From: Podarcis liolepis | Lineage: Eukaryota | Direction: 5' to 3' (one strand) | NCBI GenBank assembly: GCA_965112155.1 | Contig: OZ218110.1 | DNA length: 64,000 bases | Shown here: positions 11,236 through 24,221 of the stretch, in pieces | Numbering within the stretch: position 1 is the stretch's first letter | Layout of the letters: every line of letters begins with the position of its first letter | Notes under the pieces: model-generated | Database searches by the model: none | Told to the model about the DNA's origin: nothing | Seen by the model: the letters and a program-made list of their open reading frames with translations, nothing else | Program-made: the position numbers and the translations under genes

Positions 11236-13064
11236 ATGCCCACAACTTTATTGAATTCAGGTGTAGGAACCTTGGCTTAGGCCTTGGAAGTTTCCCCTCT
11301 CATACCCAATAGGGGCTGAGGATGTGCAGGGCTGTCAGGTTGTGGGAGGGGACTGTAAAGCATTAACTAACGCAGCATGCCCTCCTACTTCACCAAAGCC
11401 GGGAGTTTGACCTATATACCACTGCTCTAGGACCAGTGACTCCCACCATCAACCCTTTAATGGGCCCTGCAAATGACGCTGCATGGGGGTGCATCAATAT
11501 GCTGCCCCCGACTCACAGATAAACTATAGAATACCAACCAAGGACTAAAACCGCCACCCAAGACCCCAACTGGGGTCTCCCCACCAAGATACCTACAGCT
11601 GAACACCCTCTCCTACCAAGAAGGACTATACCCTGCCACTCACTAATCCCTGAGGCCCTGGCACACATTGCTCAAACAAAGTCTGTTGCAATTGGGGGTC
11701 AAATGTACTCCACCCACCAAAAAACAGCTCAGAATTGCCACTTGAATGAAGACACCGCCGATTTGGTGCCTCGTGTCATGCATTGCCCTTTAAATTTTTT
11801 GCACTGTAAAACTTATACGAAGTTTAGTGGCCCCTCTCCAGCACTGGTGCAGGAGGAGTTCAAACCATAGGATGGTCGTTGCCAAGCATAGGGCATACGC
11901 TATCTAGGTCCACCTTTGCAGATCTGCGCAGCATGGGCACCAGCGCATCCCAACACTTGCATCGTTGTCCCATCCAATGTATGTGGACCTTAGGGTGGAT
12001 GTCAAGCTTAGGTCCCCACATATGCGAGGCAACGAGGATCGTGGCCCAGTGAGAGATGCTATGCCCCACAACCCAGACTTCTATGCCGGGCACACCTGCA
12101 ACAAAAGTCAAAGGGCAAGGCGTCTGGTGTCTGTGCTGCCTTGGGTGCCAGTTCGCGGAACCGCTCCATCACTGCTTTATTGTCTACCAGAAACAAACCC
12201 TGGAATTTCTGGAATGGTTTTCCCAGATGCGAAGTGCAACGGCTTTTGATGGGGTGGTGGTGGTGGTTTTCCCCCCCCTAGAAACAGGCAAACCGGAACA
12301 GGAAAGCGGCAGTCGTTGTGAAATCCTGCCTCAAGGTATTTTTCTGCCTCCCTGTTGGGATAAGCTTCCCACAGGGACAGCATGGCGGCAAGAGAAACAG
12401 GGGAGGGGGCTAGGGAGGAAAAGGGGGTTACTTCTGCATGGCGCCTCTTGAGTGTTGGGCTCCTGCCTTCGACACTCCTTGGGCCACTTCTGGATCCTTC
12501 AGTCCATTTTTGCCTCCTGTGCTGTGAAAGCTGCGAAAAGAGGGCCTTGCCTGAGAACATTTAGTCTGGGGATGCGAGCCACTGCAGTGCTCACATAATG
12601 GGAAAACGGCACCTGTCCCGTGTACAGGAACTGTTGTTAAACTCCCAACACTCCACACGAGGCACTATCCTATTAATTAAGAGACAGCAACCAGCAACCT
12701 ACGTATGTGCAATAAGTTAGCAGCAAGAATTGCACCCCCAAAGCCAAATGTATAAACAGTAGGCCAAGGGTGGGAGGGAAGGGACTGGAGGAGACCCCAG
12801 TGAGCCCTCCGCATAAAAAACAACAACACACCCTCGCAAGCAGTGCCAGTTCTAGAAGGCCTAATCAGGCTGCCAAGCAGCCCAGAAGTAGGCCGTGTGG
12901 CCCCAATTCATACCTGATACTGGGGGGAAATGGCTATAGCCACAGGAGGCCTAAGAAGGCCTGAAGCCAGAGGCGGCGGGGGGGGGGGGCAGAAGGCTGC
13001 CCTGTGGCCCAGTAAAAGGCTGCACCGTGCCTGTAGGTCCGATCCTGCCGCCGGATGAAGGGCT
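11236..13064 (-). mobile_element. Decayed, internally deleted Ngaro/DIRS-type (tyrosine recombinase class) retrotransposon
   Basis: Frameshifted gag-like Zn finger CWEFNNSSCTRDRCRF.H.CEHCSGSHPQTKC (~12557-12650). SGNH-hydrolase-like remnant VWVVGHSISHWA...ILWFELLLHQCWRGA...GGVHLT (~11690-12080). AATAAAGTTGTGG near the 3' end. Absent from paralogous units. No RT or YR recognisable. Boundaries approximate. Confidence 0.72.
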
Positions 13065-13446
13065 GTTTTAAGATATATGGTTTATTTACACATATACTGT
13101 ATACTACCTGAGCCTACGATGGAGGGGTTCACAGCATTAACACCCCTATAAAGCCTATTTTTTCCTCTTAGCTTTAGCTTTGGATTAAAAAAAGACATCA
13201 AACATTGCTCTCTGACACTTTCTCCAGCTTGCTGATTTATTTCTAGGTCACATATCTGCAAACTAAACCCAGGCTTTGTCCTTCCAACCAACTGAAGGAA
13301 GGGCCCAACCATTTCCTGTGTCGCACGGAGCCCCCTTTCCTTTGTTCTCCTAATGGCCCATCACCGAGGCAATCACCTCTACACAGGAAGGTAGCCTGGC
13401 TTATATTTTAACACTTGCTGGATACAGGAATTAGAAGGATTTCACA
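13065..13446 (-). mobile_element. Ancestral solo-LTR-like element (partial copy upstream of gene A)
   Basis: Ends GGATTTCACA at 13446. The gene-proximal end is missing at the Ngaro-like element junction. Confidence 0.55.
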
Positions 13447-13466
13447 TGCAGCCTTCCCCTTTATTT

Positions 13467-13776
13467 AATTTCCTTCCTATTAACAGACCCCTATTATTAT
13501 GTACTGAAGTTCTCACCCTGGGCCAGCAGGGGGATACTGTAGATAGTTATGCAAATGAAGGATCGAAAGTGACGTTCAGTGATTGGATAGTTTTAGAAAG
13601 TTGCTACAGTTACGTTGTTCTGGAGCTCTATATAAGCAGGCTGACTGAGCTCTTCAGTTCAGTTCTGTTCCAGCTTACAAATAAAGAGCTGCTTTGGAAG
13701 AATCGCTGTGTCGTCTGATATGTTCACCCACAACTTAACACCTATCATTCAATTCAGGCCTCCACATCATAATGTA
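13467..13776 (-). pseudogene. Orphan V2R C-terminal tail fragment (YIMMWRPELNDR|GLLIGRK) split by a solo LTR
   Basis: Paralogue of 36563-36625. The LTR at 13495-13740 is inserted within it. Confidence 0.68.
13495..13740 (+). mobile_element. Solo LTR (246 bp, probably Gypsy-type)
   Basis: Termini T(A)TTATG...CTTAACA, where the initial TG appears mutated to TA. 5-bp TSD CCTAT at 13490-13494 and 13741-13745. TATATAA at 13629, AATAAA at 13680. Empty site in the paralogue near 36590. Confidence 0.8.
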
Positions 13777-15002
13777 GCCCAGATGTACCAATATGGAATG
13801 GAGGGAAGGAGGGAGGGAGAGGATACATACTTAATAGCAGTAAGATTTTTGGCTATGCTATTATTTTGATGCCCAGGGAGTGTAAGTTGATTCATGTACA
13901 CATAACTTACCCATGGATCTCTAAAAACACGTATGAGAGGCGGATCTCTTTTGTGAGTCAAACATATGGGGTCCTGAAAATGTGCCTAAACAGTTTTTAA
14001 CCCAGAAAATCACAACACAGACAATTTCAAAAGGAAACTTTTATTACAGTTGGGTGTGGGGAAATGAGATTTCAGTCACTATGTTATAATCAATGCAATG
14101 CAATACTTTCATGCGTGCATTTTAATTCTAATATTCAAATTCATTCATACTCCTTAATCTGAACAGACAAGAGTTCTTTCAAAGTGGAAAAGAAAGTGGT
14201 GAAACATAACCCTTAGTTACGGAAGCTCCCATGTTGTGAACCATTCCTGGGGAATCCCACAGGATCACTAGGAGGGGGCCCCTCTTCCTGCCCATTGCCA
14301 CCAAGGATCTAGCCCAAAGCCCCTTCTCAGTACTTTTTTTTTTTTTTTAAAAAAAAGAGGTATCAGAACTCTTCATGAACGCCTGTTTTGTTCTCTTAAA
14401 ACAGCAATGGCAGCCAACTGAGAGGTGCCAGAACTGAGTTTCGGTGAGTTCTGGCTGGAAAAAAAGCTCAGCCTCTTCTTTCACTTGCGTTAGTATCCTG
14501 CCAACTTACCACCAAATCTAGCACATCAGCAACCAACCCACAAGGCCTTTATGAGTGGCTGCCTTAATTGGTTGCAATTAAGTATACAGGTGGTGAGCAT
14601 TTTGTTTGTGCCTGATGGACGTGTGACTGCCAATACACGCATCATTTTTGGCCCTGAAAGGGTATGGAACAGGGGCAGAACAGGTTTACGTGAGACTACT
14701 GATTCATGTAATGACCCGGAAAACATACTCCACACAAACGGATAATTGCTGGTATTCCATCTGACCTGTACACATCTATTATTTCACCACTAAAAATGCA
14801 ACAACACAGAAGCATTTATTCAGGATCTGACTACAGAGAGGCAAGCAACCTGAAAATTCAAACAAGCAACAGCAAGAATGGTTTAAAGCCAGCTGGCATT
14901 GGGGGGAAAACAACCCCCAAAAGCTTCCCATTATCCCCCCTTCCTTGTGCAATTCTCCAGTTTTATCTTTTGTTTCTTCTCTTTTTATTATGATTTGCTT
15001 TT

Positions 15003-15777
15003 TGCGAAGACGCAGTTGCGTGTTCAGATCCAGAGACCTCCCCCCTAAATAAACACACAATTGACTCAAATTATAGTTTTGGTTTTTTGCAGAATTTAGG
15101 CCACAACTTTATTGATTACAGAAAAGTGAGTGGTTACATAGGCTCTGGTTCGACTAGCTCCCTGCACCCTTGCAGAGCTTCATCATAGGTCAGCCAAGGG
15201 CGAACACCTGAGGTAGGTGAAAAGCCCGGGAACAGACTCTGTTCACACCCCAGATGCTCCGCTGGACTCAGGCACAGGCACAACACCCTCTCCGGGGTTG
15301 ACCAAACCAAGTTGAGTCCCTGGATTCCTTTAAAGGAATACCCTTCACATAGGGATGGCGATCACCTGAACCAGTGCCTATCTGCAACCTTACAAGTTGT
15401 GACGATTTGCTGCGCGGCAAGCAAAACCCAAATGGCAAGAGCCAATCAGCCAAGTGGGGGAAATTCCTGCCATGCCCCTGTCCCAACGACAAACGACACA
15501 CAACGGCATAGCAAGGTCACTCGCAAAATGCCCTAAAGTAGGGAGAGGTGGGTGGGTGTTCCAATGAACGAGCTGAAAGAGAAAGCTCTGGGTCACGTGC
15601 ATAGGAATATATAGGTCCCTCAGGCCATTTAGACTGCACCCAGTTGGCCAGATTAAACCCAGCAATGAGGGACCTACCAACTGGGTGTTGCGGCTGTCAA
15701 ATATACCCACCCACAACCAGGAGGTCGGTCTCCAGGTCTCACCGCAACACGTGCCCTCTTTTAGGGAGGACACGATA
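15003..15777 (-). mobile_element. LTR-like / DIRS-Ngaro terminal-repeat-like insertion, non-coding
   Basis: Present only in this unit, CpG-richer than its flanks, with AATAAAGTTGTGGCC on the minus strand. Shares the 15-mer CCACAACTTTATTGA with the end of the 11236-13064 element. No TSD, and about 20 bp of host sequence is lost. Confidence 0.55.
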
Positions 15778-16394
15778 TATCATTATTGGACTAAAAACCA
15801 TTGAAATCCAGCCAAACCCAGTGGAATCAGAAATAACTACATTTTGGGCGTTTGGCATATTTATTTCCCTTTAAATTAGTTGGCAATTTATTTCGCTCTT
15901 TCCCTTTCTTTAATATGGTCATGGAAATTGTCTACCTCTCCTGCTAAGGGCAGATGGTTATAATAATTTTTCCATAATGTTATATTTAATGAATATAAGC
16001 TTTTCCCCCAACTTAAAGTGGTGTGTTGCGTCTTCCTTGGTGTTTGTGTGATGGCAAAACATTTTTACCTATCCTAAGAAATCTCCTCTGGAGTGGAGCA
16101 GGATATACATTAACACAGCCACATGCAGAAAAATAAAATGGGATTAGACAGGGTAAGATCATCAATCTCTAGTGGGGAAAAGTTGCGGGAAAGAGCATCA
16201 GAGCAGAATTGTACAGTGCTGAGGCCTAAGAATGACAAATGCAGACTTCACAGTGAGCAGAGGAAAAGATACAGTGGATCTGGAATAGCTGAATATGGGA
16301 GATTGAGGAGGTTTCTGGGTGCTTCTTTTCAAGGATACATACAAATCCCTGAACTAGATATTATAGCCAATGACACAGACCTTTGATTTCTTCA

Positions 16395-19300
16395 TCATTT
16401 TCTTCTTAATAGGTGTTCCCTATTGTTCAGCTCAGGCTTCAGCAAAATAATGTAACATTTTGGGGAAAAGATGCAACCCAACAAGCCAGCACTGGAGGCT
16501 AAGATAGAGAAGATCTCCACAGCCACCATGTATTTCCCCTTTGTGCTCATGTAGGAAGGAACAAAGGATAACCAAACACTGCAAAAGACCAACATGCTGA
16601 AAGTGATGAACTTGGCTTCGTTGAAACTGTCAGGTAATTTCCGGGCAAGGAAAGCCACAGTGAAACTGACAATAGCTAGGAAGCCCATGTAGCCCAAGAC
16701 ACAGTAAAAGAAGGTCACCGTCCCCTCATTGCACTCCAGTACAATTTCTTCAGCCACTGACTTCATGTCAAGATTAGGGAATGGAGGAGAGATCACCAGC
16801 CACAGAGTGCAGATGAGTGCTTGGATAAGGGAGCAGGAGAGGACAATAGAGCTTGCCAGTCCCTTCCCCACCCACTTCCTCATCCTGGATCCTGGTTTTG
16901 TGGCCATGAAAGCCAGAACCACAGTGATGGTTTTTGCCAGCACACAAGAAACAGCCACTGAGAAGATGATGCCAAAAGCAGTTTGTCGGAGGAGACACGT
17001 CACCTTGTCAGGATATCCGATGAACAGTAATGCAGAAAGGAAGCAAAGCAAGAGGGAGATGAGCAGAGCGTAGGTGAGGTCCCGGTTGTTGGCTTTTACA
17101 ATGGGAGTGTCCCTGTGCTTCAAAAATATTTCTAGTACCAGTGCTGTAATGAAAGCAAAGGAAAGAGCAGAACAGGCTAAGCTGATGCCCAGAGGTTCTT
17201 CAAAGGACAAGAAAGTTGCATGCTTGGGAATACATATAGTCTTATTTGTGTTTGGATACTTTTCATCTTCACATTCATAGCAGTCATTCATGCCTGAGAA
17301 AGAAAAACATGGTTCTTATTCCCAAAAATATGAGCAACACACTACTACTTGGAAATACATAATTAAAATGATTTAAAAAGTGTACAAGGAGTTTCAAACA
17401 ATAAAGTCTAAAATGATGGAACCATGCCCTTCTCACCTATCCAATGTAGAATACCGACTGAGGCAAAATGCAAGAGGGAGGACCACAAAGACCCTTCCTG
17501 ATCTCCGGCTAGAAGCCAACTCAAATTTTCCTGTCACTGTTCTGGTTGCTCACACTTACTTATTCCTTCATTAAGGAGTGATTGTGTAATTGAGACTTTG
17601 TAAATTTCTACATTAGATGACCTAATCAACAACTTTCAATTGTTTTCTGGATTTAAGTATTTCACACTTCTCCAAACATTACTGCACAATTCTCTGAAGT
17701 TTAAGGGCATCAAAATACATGTTTCAATATGTAACCAGAAAGAAAATGCACACTCAAATATTATTTGTAAGGAAAAATACATATGCCTAAACACATTTTG
17801 ATAGAAAATGTAGGATTAAGTATGAAATAAATCAAACAAATTATGGGCAAAATTATGTGAAAGTAACAAGGACTAGAAATAGATTCAGCCATCTCTAGCC
17901 AAAGTGTTAAAACAGATTTCAAGGACTGCTTTAGAAGAAGATATCACATTTATGGAGAAATACTATGACAAGGGCACGCTGGTGGCGCTGGGGTTAAACC
18001 ACAGAACCTAGGACTTGCTGATCAGAAGATTGGCGGTTTGAATCCCTGCGACGGGGTGAGCTCCCGTTGCTCGGTCCCTGCTCCTGCCAACCTAGCAGTT
18101 CGAAAGCATGTCAAAGCGCAAGTAGATAAATATGTACAGCTCCAGCAGGAAGGTAAACTGTGTTTCCTTGCGCTGCTCTGGTTCGCCAGAAGCAGCTTAG
18201 TCATGCTGGCCACATGACCTGGAAGCTGTACGCCAACTCCCTCAGCCAATAAAGCAAGATGAGCGCCACAACCCCAGAGTCGGCCACGACTGGACCTAAC
18301 GGTCAGGGGTCCCTTTACCATTATTTTTTACTATGGCAATAGAATGGCGTAAAGCAAGCCTGGAATAAATTAAGACGGCATAAACTGCACCAGATCCAAA
18401 ATCCATTCTAAAGCAGGGATGCCATTGGTTGATCCAGCCAAAGGCTATCGGAGACAAAACAAGCTTTTAAAATAGTATGGGGTTACACCACCCTTTTCAC
18501 CCCCTCCGCCCCATTACACCCCTGTGACACTCCCCTTTCAAGGTTTCTATCAATTTAAGAAGCATTGGACTCAGCTCAGCCTGGATGAAGGAGATACGTT
18601 GGCATATTTGCAGCTGTTATAGAAACCTCCTGGCTCATCTGAAAATGTCCAACCTGGTGGATCTTGCCATAGGATTCTTCCTTAATAACAGCATTCAACA
18701 TCGACAATCACAAATTATCACACACTTTCATTAGGTCCCTCTTCAGCTAAATTTATCAATATTTGATAAGTTGTAAAAAGGAACTTTGGTGATTGAATTT
18801 TTATTTATATGCATGTTTTTGATTAAAGGTAACAAGCTATATCTATATACAGTAAATTTCTTACCCTCCTGGTCTGAAATCTTTCCTTCTGGACATGGAA
18901 TGCAATCGTAGCAGCAAAATGCTTCCCCCTCCTTCAGCTTCCTGCAAAAACCAGGGCGGCAGCTCTCAGTACATACAGACTTAGGCTGTGTCTATTGCAC
19001 AAATAAAAGAGAGGTATGTATAAAATAAGTGGACTCAAAGAAAAGCTAAAAGGGGAAGTTAAGCTCTTCCTTAAAAGGAATTTGCAAAAGAACAAAAACA
19101 TTCATTTCAGAAATTCACTTACTAGTCTGTTTCAATTCCATTTTGAAACATCTCCTGACATTTCCCATTGACTCCTAGTGGAAACTCCAATAAATTGTTT
19201 TTTTGCAGTTACTGTTGTATACAATAAAGTATTTAATATCCTTTATAGTAAGGGTCCTTTCTTCCACAGTGACATTAAGGGCTTGTGGTGGTGTCCCTTA

Positions 19301-22300
19301 ATGCAAATTAAGCTTCAGAGTTATACACCTACTATTCTAAATCCTTGAAACATGGCATGCATATTTCTGCCTTGTAAGATGTACAAATGTGTCAAAACTT
19401 TATAGTAATTTTGTAAAAGGATCCACAGTTTAGAGAGTGCTGAAAATTGAAACATGGACCCTATTTTGACTGAAATACTTAGACCTGCAAGCCACAGGTC
19501 TTAACTAGCCAGTCAAAGCCATTACCTTGACAAAGGAACTATTTCAGCAAGCTTCCCTTTATCTGTTCTCCCCTCAAGGATACAGGATCCCAGGATTGCA
19601 AAGGGAACCAGGGTTTCATCCGGAGTGATTCTCCAAGCTCAAAACAATATATTCAATATAATCAAAACCTATCTTCAAGTTTTCAATCATTATATTCACT
19701 TTCAGTGAAACAAGAACCAGTACACAGGCTGTGCATAGCTTGTGCCATCTATAATCCAATTTTTTAAAGACTGAAAAATGTACAAGGAAATTATCTTTGT
19801 ACGTTATGTTAAAGTGTTTTCATTCACAAATGGCTAATTGTAACATCCTACCTGGTTAAACCAATGGTGCCATTTTATGGCTCCCTCATTGATGGTCAAC
19901 GCTTGATGTGGAGGAGCCAGGGAATCCACCCCTCCTACCTTCACTCTCTGAAAGGATTGGTTGGAGAAAACGATCCAATTGGTAATATCAAATCCAGCTA
20001 GTATCTCCCCATTCTGGTCCAAGGAAATCTTATCCCCAGCACTGTTGTTAAATGAGATACCCCTCAGAAAATGATGGAGCTAGATAGAAAGAGAAAGTAT
20101 AGAAAAGGCTTCAATTCAGCAAGAGACAATCATGATGTTCACATGTCTCTGTGTAGACTTGCCTAAACAAAAACGTTTTAAGCAGGTGCCTAAATGAATA
20201 AAGTTAAGGTGTCTGTCTGATGTCAATAGGCAGGGAAGTCTAGTAGGCTGAATTTGAACCTAGAAATGCAAGTGGAGAAGTTCCCATTTGTCACTATGTT
20301 CATTTCAAGAGACATAAAGCAACTACCTCATGGCCAAAGGGCAGTGAATTGAGGAAGTGGTTTGGGAGGCACCCGGAGAAGATTTCAAGGGCATTGCTGC
20401 ACCCACATTGGTGACTCCTGCTGTGGTTGCATATCAAAGTGAAAATTACCAAAGTGATAGATAGAAAAGGAAACAGAACATGTTTGAACCTCTTTCAGGA
20501 AGGGTGTTCAGCCCATTACCTGCCACAGATGTTGATTCTGAAACTTCATTCCTTCCCTGATCATTACTGGTCTGTGTTTGCCTTGGGATGTAGACATGGC
20601 ATGTAAAGCATGGGCCACAGCATAGACAGCATTGTAGATGTTGTAGCTGTGGCTGGTCATGCTCATTTCAAAGAAAGGACCAGGAAGATTCTCCAGCTTC
20701 TCTTGCCCAGTGCAAATATCCCCCTTCACACTGCCAACAACTCGATTTGGAAATACACAGCCAAATGCCTGTTGCCAGAAGTCCAAAATGAAGCCATCAC
20801 TGTTTGGGCTAGAAGGGGTTTTGCTCTGGAGAAATTGACGAAATCCTGGTGGATCATTTGAGTGAGTTGTGAATGAGAGAACCCCATGGAGTATTTCTGT
20901 ATCCCAAGTCCGTTGAAAGACAAAAGAAGTGAGCTCCATCTGGGCTGTCATAATCCACACTTTACCTTTGGGCTTATTTAAACTTTGTTCCAGTTCTGAT
21001 AGGTAAGGCAACCATCTAAAATGTGCCAGAGCATTTGATTCTCCATAAGCCAACACTACATTGGCTTTGCTATCATTTATTCTGTCATGAATTTTTGCCC
21101 CCAGTTTAAACATATCGTTAATTTCAGTGACATAAGTAGGTTTGTGACTTCTTTCTATGAAGGCAAAACAGATGCCACTCTGGGAAAAAAGTGGGACCAC
21201 AGTTTGCACAAATCTTTCTGCATTCTCATCATAGAAAGTCAGGATCCCAATCCATATCCACCTGAAATGCAGAAGTAAAGACAGGATCCCCTTATACTGG
21301 TGGGTTTCCTTGGGCGTCATCTGGTAGAAGAAAAGGCCTGGGGTTTTATCATTCATAACTGGAGCAGGGCCATATATCAGCTAAACATAGTTGTGGTAGG
21401 AGGAGAAAGAGACAGAAGCAAGAATAACTTTTTTATATTAGATTTGTGTATTACAAGCATCACTGGGGCAATTTCCAATTGGTCCTTCTAATCCTCGCAA
21501 TTTGGGTTGCCCATGCTATTTTTTAAGCCAAGCGATACTCATCTGCCAATCAGCTGTTATCATTTATCAGACATTCGCTAGGCCAAAAGGGATGTCTGAA
21601 GCAGGAATATATTTGCTATCAAGACATTGTTTTTTAGCTTGGATCTGCCATTAGCATGGCCCACCTGATTATTTGAAATGTGTGTGTGTTTATTTATCAA
21701 AATATATCTAGAAGAAGAAGAAGCAGAGTTTGAATTTGATATCCTGCCTTTCACTCCCTTTAAGGAGTCTCAAAGCGGCTAACATTCTCCTTTCCCTTCC
21801 TCCCCCACAACAAACGCTATGTGAGGTGAGTGGGGCTGAGAGACTTCAACGAAGTGTGACTAGCCCAAGGTCACCCAGCAGCTGCATGTGGAGGAGCGGA
21901 GACGCGAACCCGGTTCCCCAGATTACGAGTCTACCACTCTTAACCACTACACAACACTGGCTCTAGATGTGTTAAATTCTCATAACTTGACAGAGAGAGA
22001 TATATATATTACCTGAGGAATCTTATAGATATCCAAGATTGTTGCCACATGAAGAGAGGTTTGTGGGTCCAGTCCCCCAATGATGGCTATCAAGTTTTTC
22101 TCGATGTCACAGATGTAGTTGGGGACAAATGTTTCCAGTGTGGATAGGAGTAACATTGTGGCATGAGAGGTCCATTTGGCATTGAAATAGCTGTCATAGA
22201 TGCGGAAGCCTAAAGTGACATTGGGTAAGAGCTGAGGGTTTTTGTTGATCTCCTTCACTGCAAATTCCAAGGCCAGGATGTATTGGTAATTCTTAGGCAC

Positions 22301-23093
22301 CACTCTAAAAAGAGAGTTTCATTTTCCATCAGAATGGCATGTAACACTTTGTAAATTTATCACAACACGGTTTTACATCATCCTCATTAGTATTATAGTT
22401 TACTGCATTTTTAAAAACTTTTTATTTAAGGTGAAGAAATTCCCTTTAAAATGTCCCTGATACATATTTTTTGATGCTGGCTTCATCATCTGTGTAGAAG
22501 TCCTACCCTTATTTCATTGCCTTGGAGCCCTGAAGCAAAAGTGATGCAGTTATTTCCACAACAATATTACATGTCTTCATGTCATACCTGAATGTTTAAT
22601 TCAGTGGGGGAAAATAGTGGAGAGCCTCCTGACCACATTTCTCTTACAACACATCTCCTTCCATCCAAACAGTAGTTCTGCCTCTAGGACAATGGTGGAG
22701 AACTGTGGCCCACCTGATGTTGTTGTACTACTATGTACATTATTATTGATGGAACTGATAGAGTCCAACAACCACTGCAGGGCCAAAGTTTAGCCACTCT
22801 TCCTCTAAAACTGATTGCTCCAGTGTCGAAAGAATGAATCAAAATGCAGAAGAGAAATTATTTAGTTCTTACTCTATCTCTTCAAGCAATGTTGGTGCGG
22901 GTTTTTCAGTGAAGTCTATTGAAATGGAGATGATGATGCTGTGAGAGGCTATGCCACCAAGGATGAGGTCTCCTTCCTGGTGATACTGATGAAGTGGAGT
23001 GTGTGGATCATGGATGTGGCATTTAAAAATGGGAGGTTTGCATATTGCATTAGGAAGTAGAATCAGCAGCAAGACCAACAATGCCACCATCAT
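16395..23093 (-). CDS. Vomeronasal type-2 receptor (V2R), gene B, 6 coding exons, ~875 aa, apparently intact
   Basis: Exons: 22873-23093 (the second ATG at 23090 is the one aligned with paralogues), 22013-22304, 20520-21380, 19852-20079, 18865-18991, 16395-17293. GT-AG junctions, open frame, same motifs as gene A. Confidence 0.95.
17972..18328 (+). mobile_element. Sauria-type SINE, in intron 5 of gene B
   Basis: A/B-box head and CCCTTTACC tail. TSD TACTATG(A/G)CAA at 17961-17971 and 18329-18339. Empty in gene A near 4762. Confidence 0.9.
21713..21961 (-). mobile_element. Squam3-type (CORE/MIR-like) tRNA-derived SINE, in intron 2 of gene B
   Basis: Minus strand begins GCCAGTGTTGTGTAGTGGTTAAGAG, has a CORE-like GCTGGGTGACCTTGGGCTAGTCAC and a (CTT)n tail. 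TCTAGA is duplicated at both ends. Empty in paralogues. Confidence 0.82.
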
Positions 23094-24033
23094 TGGTACA
23101 ATTTTTCCATATAAACAAAAATCTCCCTAGTAATTTTACTTCTTTTGAGATGGAAGTAATTTCATCCAATTGGCCTTTTATCCTGAAATCTGGACTGAAA
23201 TCTGGAAAAAAATTAAGTACTGACTGCACTGATTTAACCTTGCTGATGGTTTCTGATTCCTAAGTCTAGCCGTGATCGCTGGACGTTATATATTTTTATC
23301 AGGTTTCTCCAACCTTGTATCTTTTAGATGTTTTCGACTACAATTCACATCATTCAAAGCCTGTGATGGAATTGTGATCCAAAACAGTTCAAGAGCACGA
23401 GGCTTAAAGGCTCAATTATTGTACTCTTCATAGACTTCCTCATTTGCTTGGATAGTGTACTGTGCAAGTTCATGAGGTGGTTAGACAAGGGGGAACTTTA
23501 ATTATAGTTATTTTGATAATTAATGGGAAGATAGTCACTTGTGTATGTTTGTTAACAGAAGTTTTCATTTTCTCTTGGCTGCATGAGATTTTGAACAAGA
23601 AGAAAAATAATACTGGAAATGCAACCCTTTGGTCTCAAAAGAGGGATGAAATTAACATGTTTGATCATAGCACTGGCCTCTTGAAATTCTTACCTGGAAG
23701 GAAGAAAACTAATGAGAGGGGGAGCCCTCCTTTACTTACATTATGTTCAATGTTCACATGAAAGGAAAAAAATTGCATTAGTTGGTTTCCTTGTCTTGCC
23801 AACGGATGGGGGAAATGCACCAAATTTTATGCTGGGGAAGCTAAAATGAGGCATGGGCAATATCTTTGCCAACACGGAAAGACATTTCTAATTCGTTGGC
23901 AGTGCTCAATATAGCCTTTTGTTATTATGGCGTCTCACTTTCCTTATCTCATTTTCTCACATCTTTCCGTGCCAAAATTTAAACAGTTGTGCCAGGAATA
24001 CATTATTATTTTTCCCTTTTATTTTCTTTGTGC

Positions 24034-24206
24034 NNNNNNNNNNNNNNNNNNNNNNNNNNNNNNNNNNNNNNNNNNNNNNNNNNNNNNNNNNNNNNNNNNN
24101 NNNNNNNNNNNNNNNNNNNNNNNNNNNNNNNNNNNNNNNNNNNNNNNNNNNNNNNNNNNNNNNNNNNNNNNNNNNNNNNNNNNNNNNNNNNNNNNNNNNN
24201 NNNNNN
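24034..24206. other. Assembly gap (173 N)
   Basis: Run of N. Confidence 1.
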
Positions 24207-24221
24207 TCAATCTCTAAGTGG

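Noticed and set aside
16123-16386. 87-aa ORF nearly identical to 26997-27260
   Set aside because: Reflects recent B/C flank identity. The frame is not kept in A, D or E.
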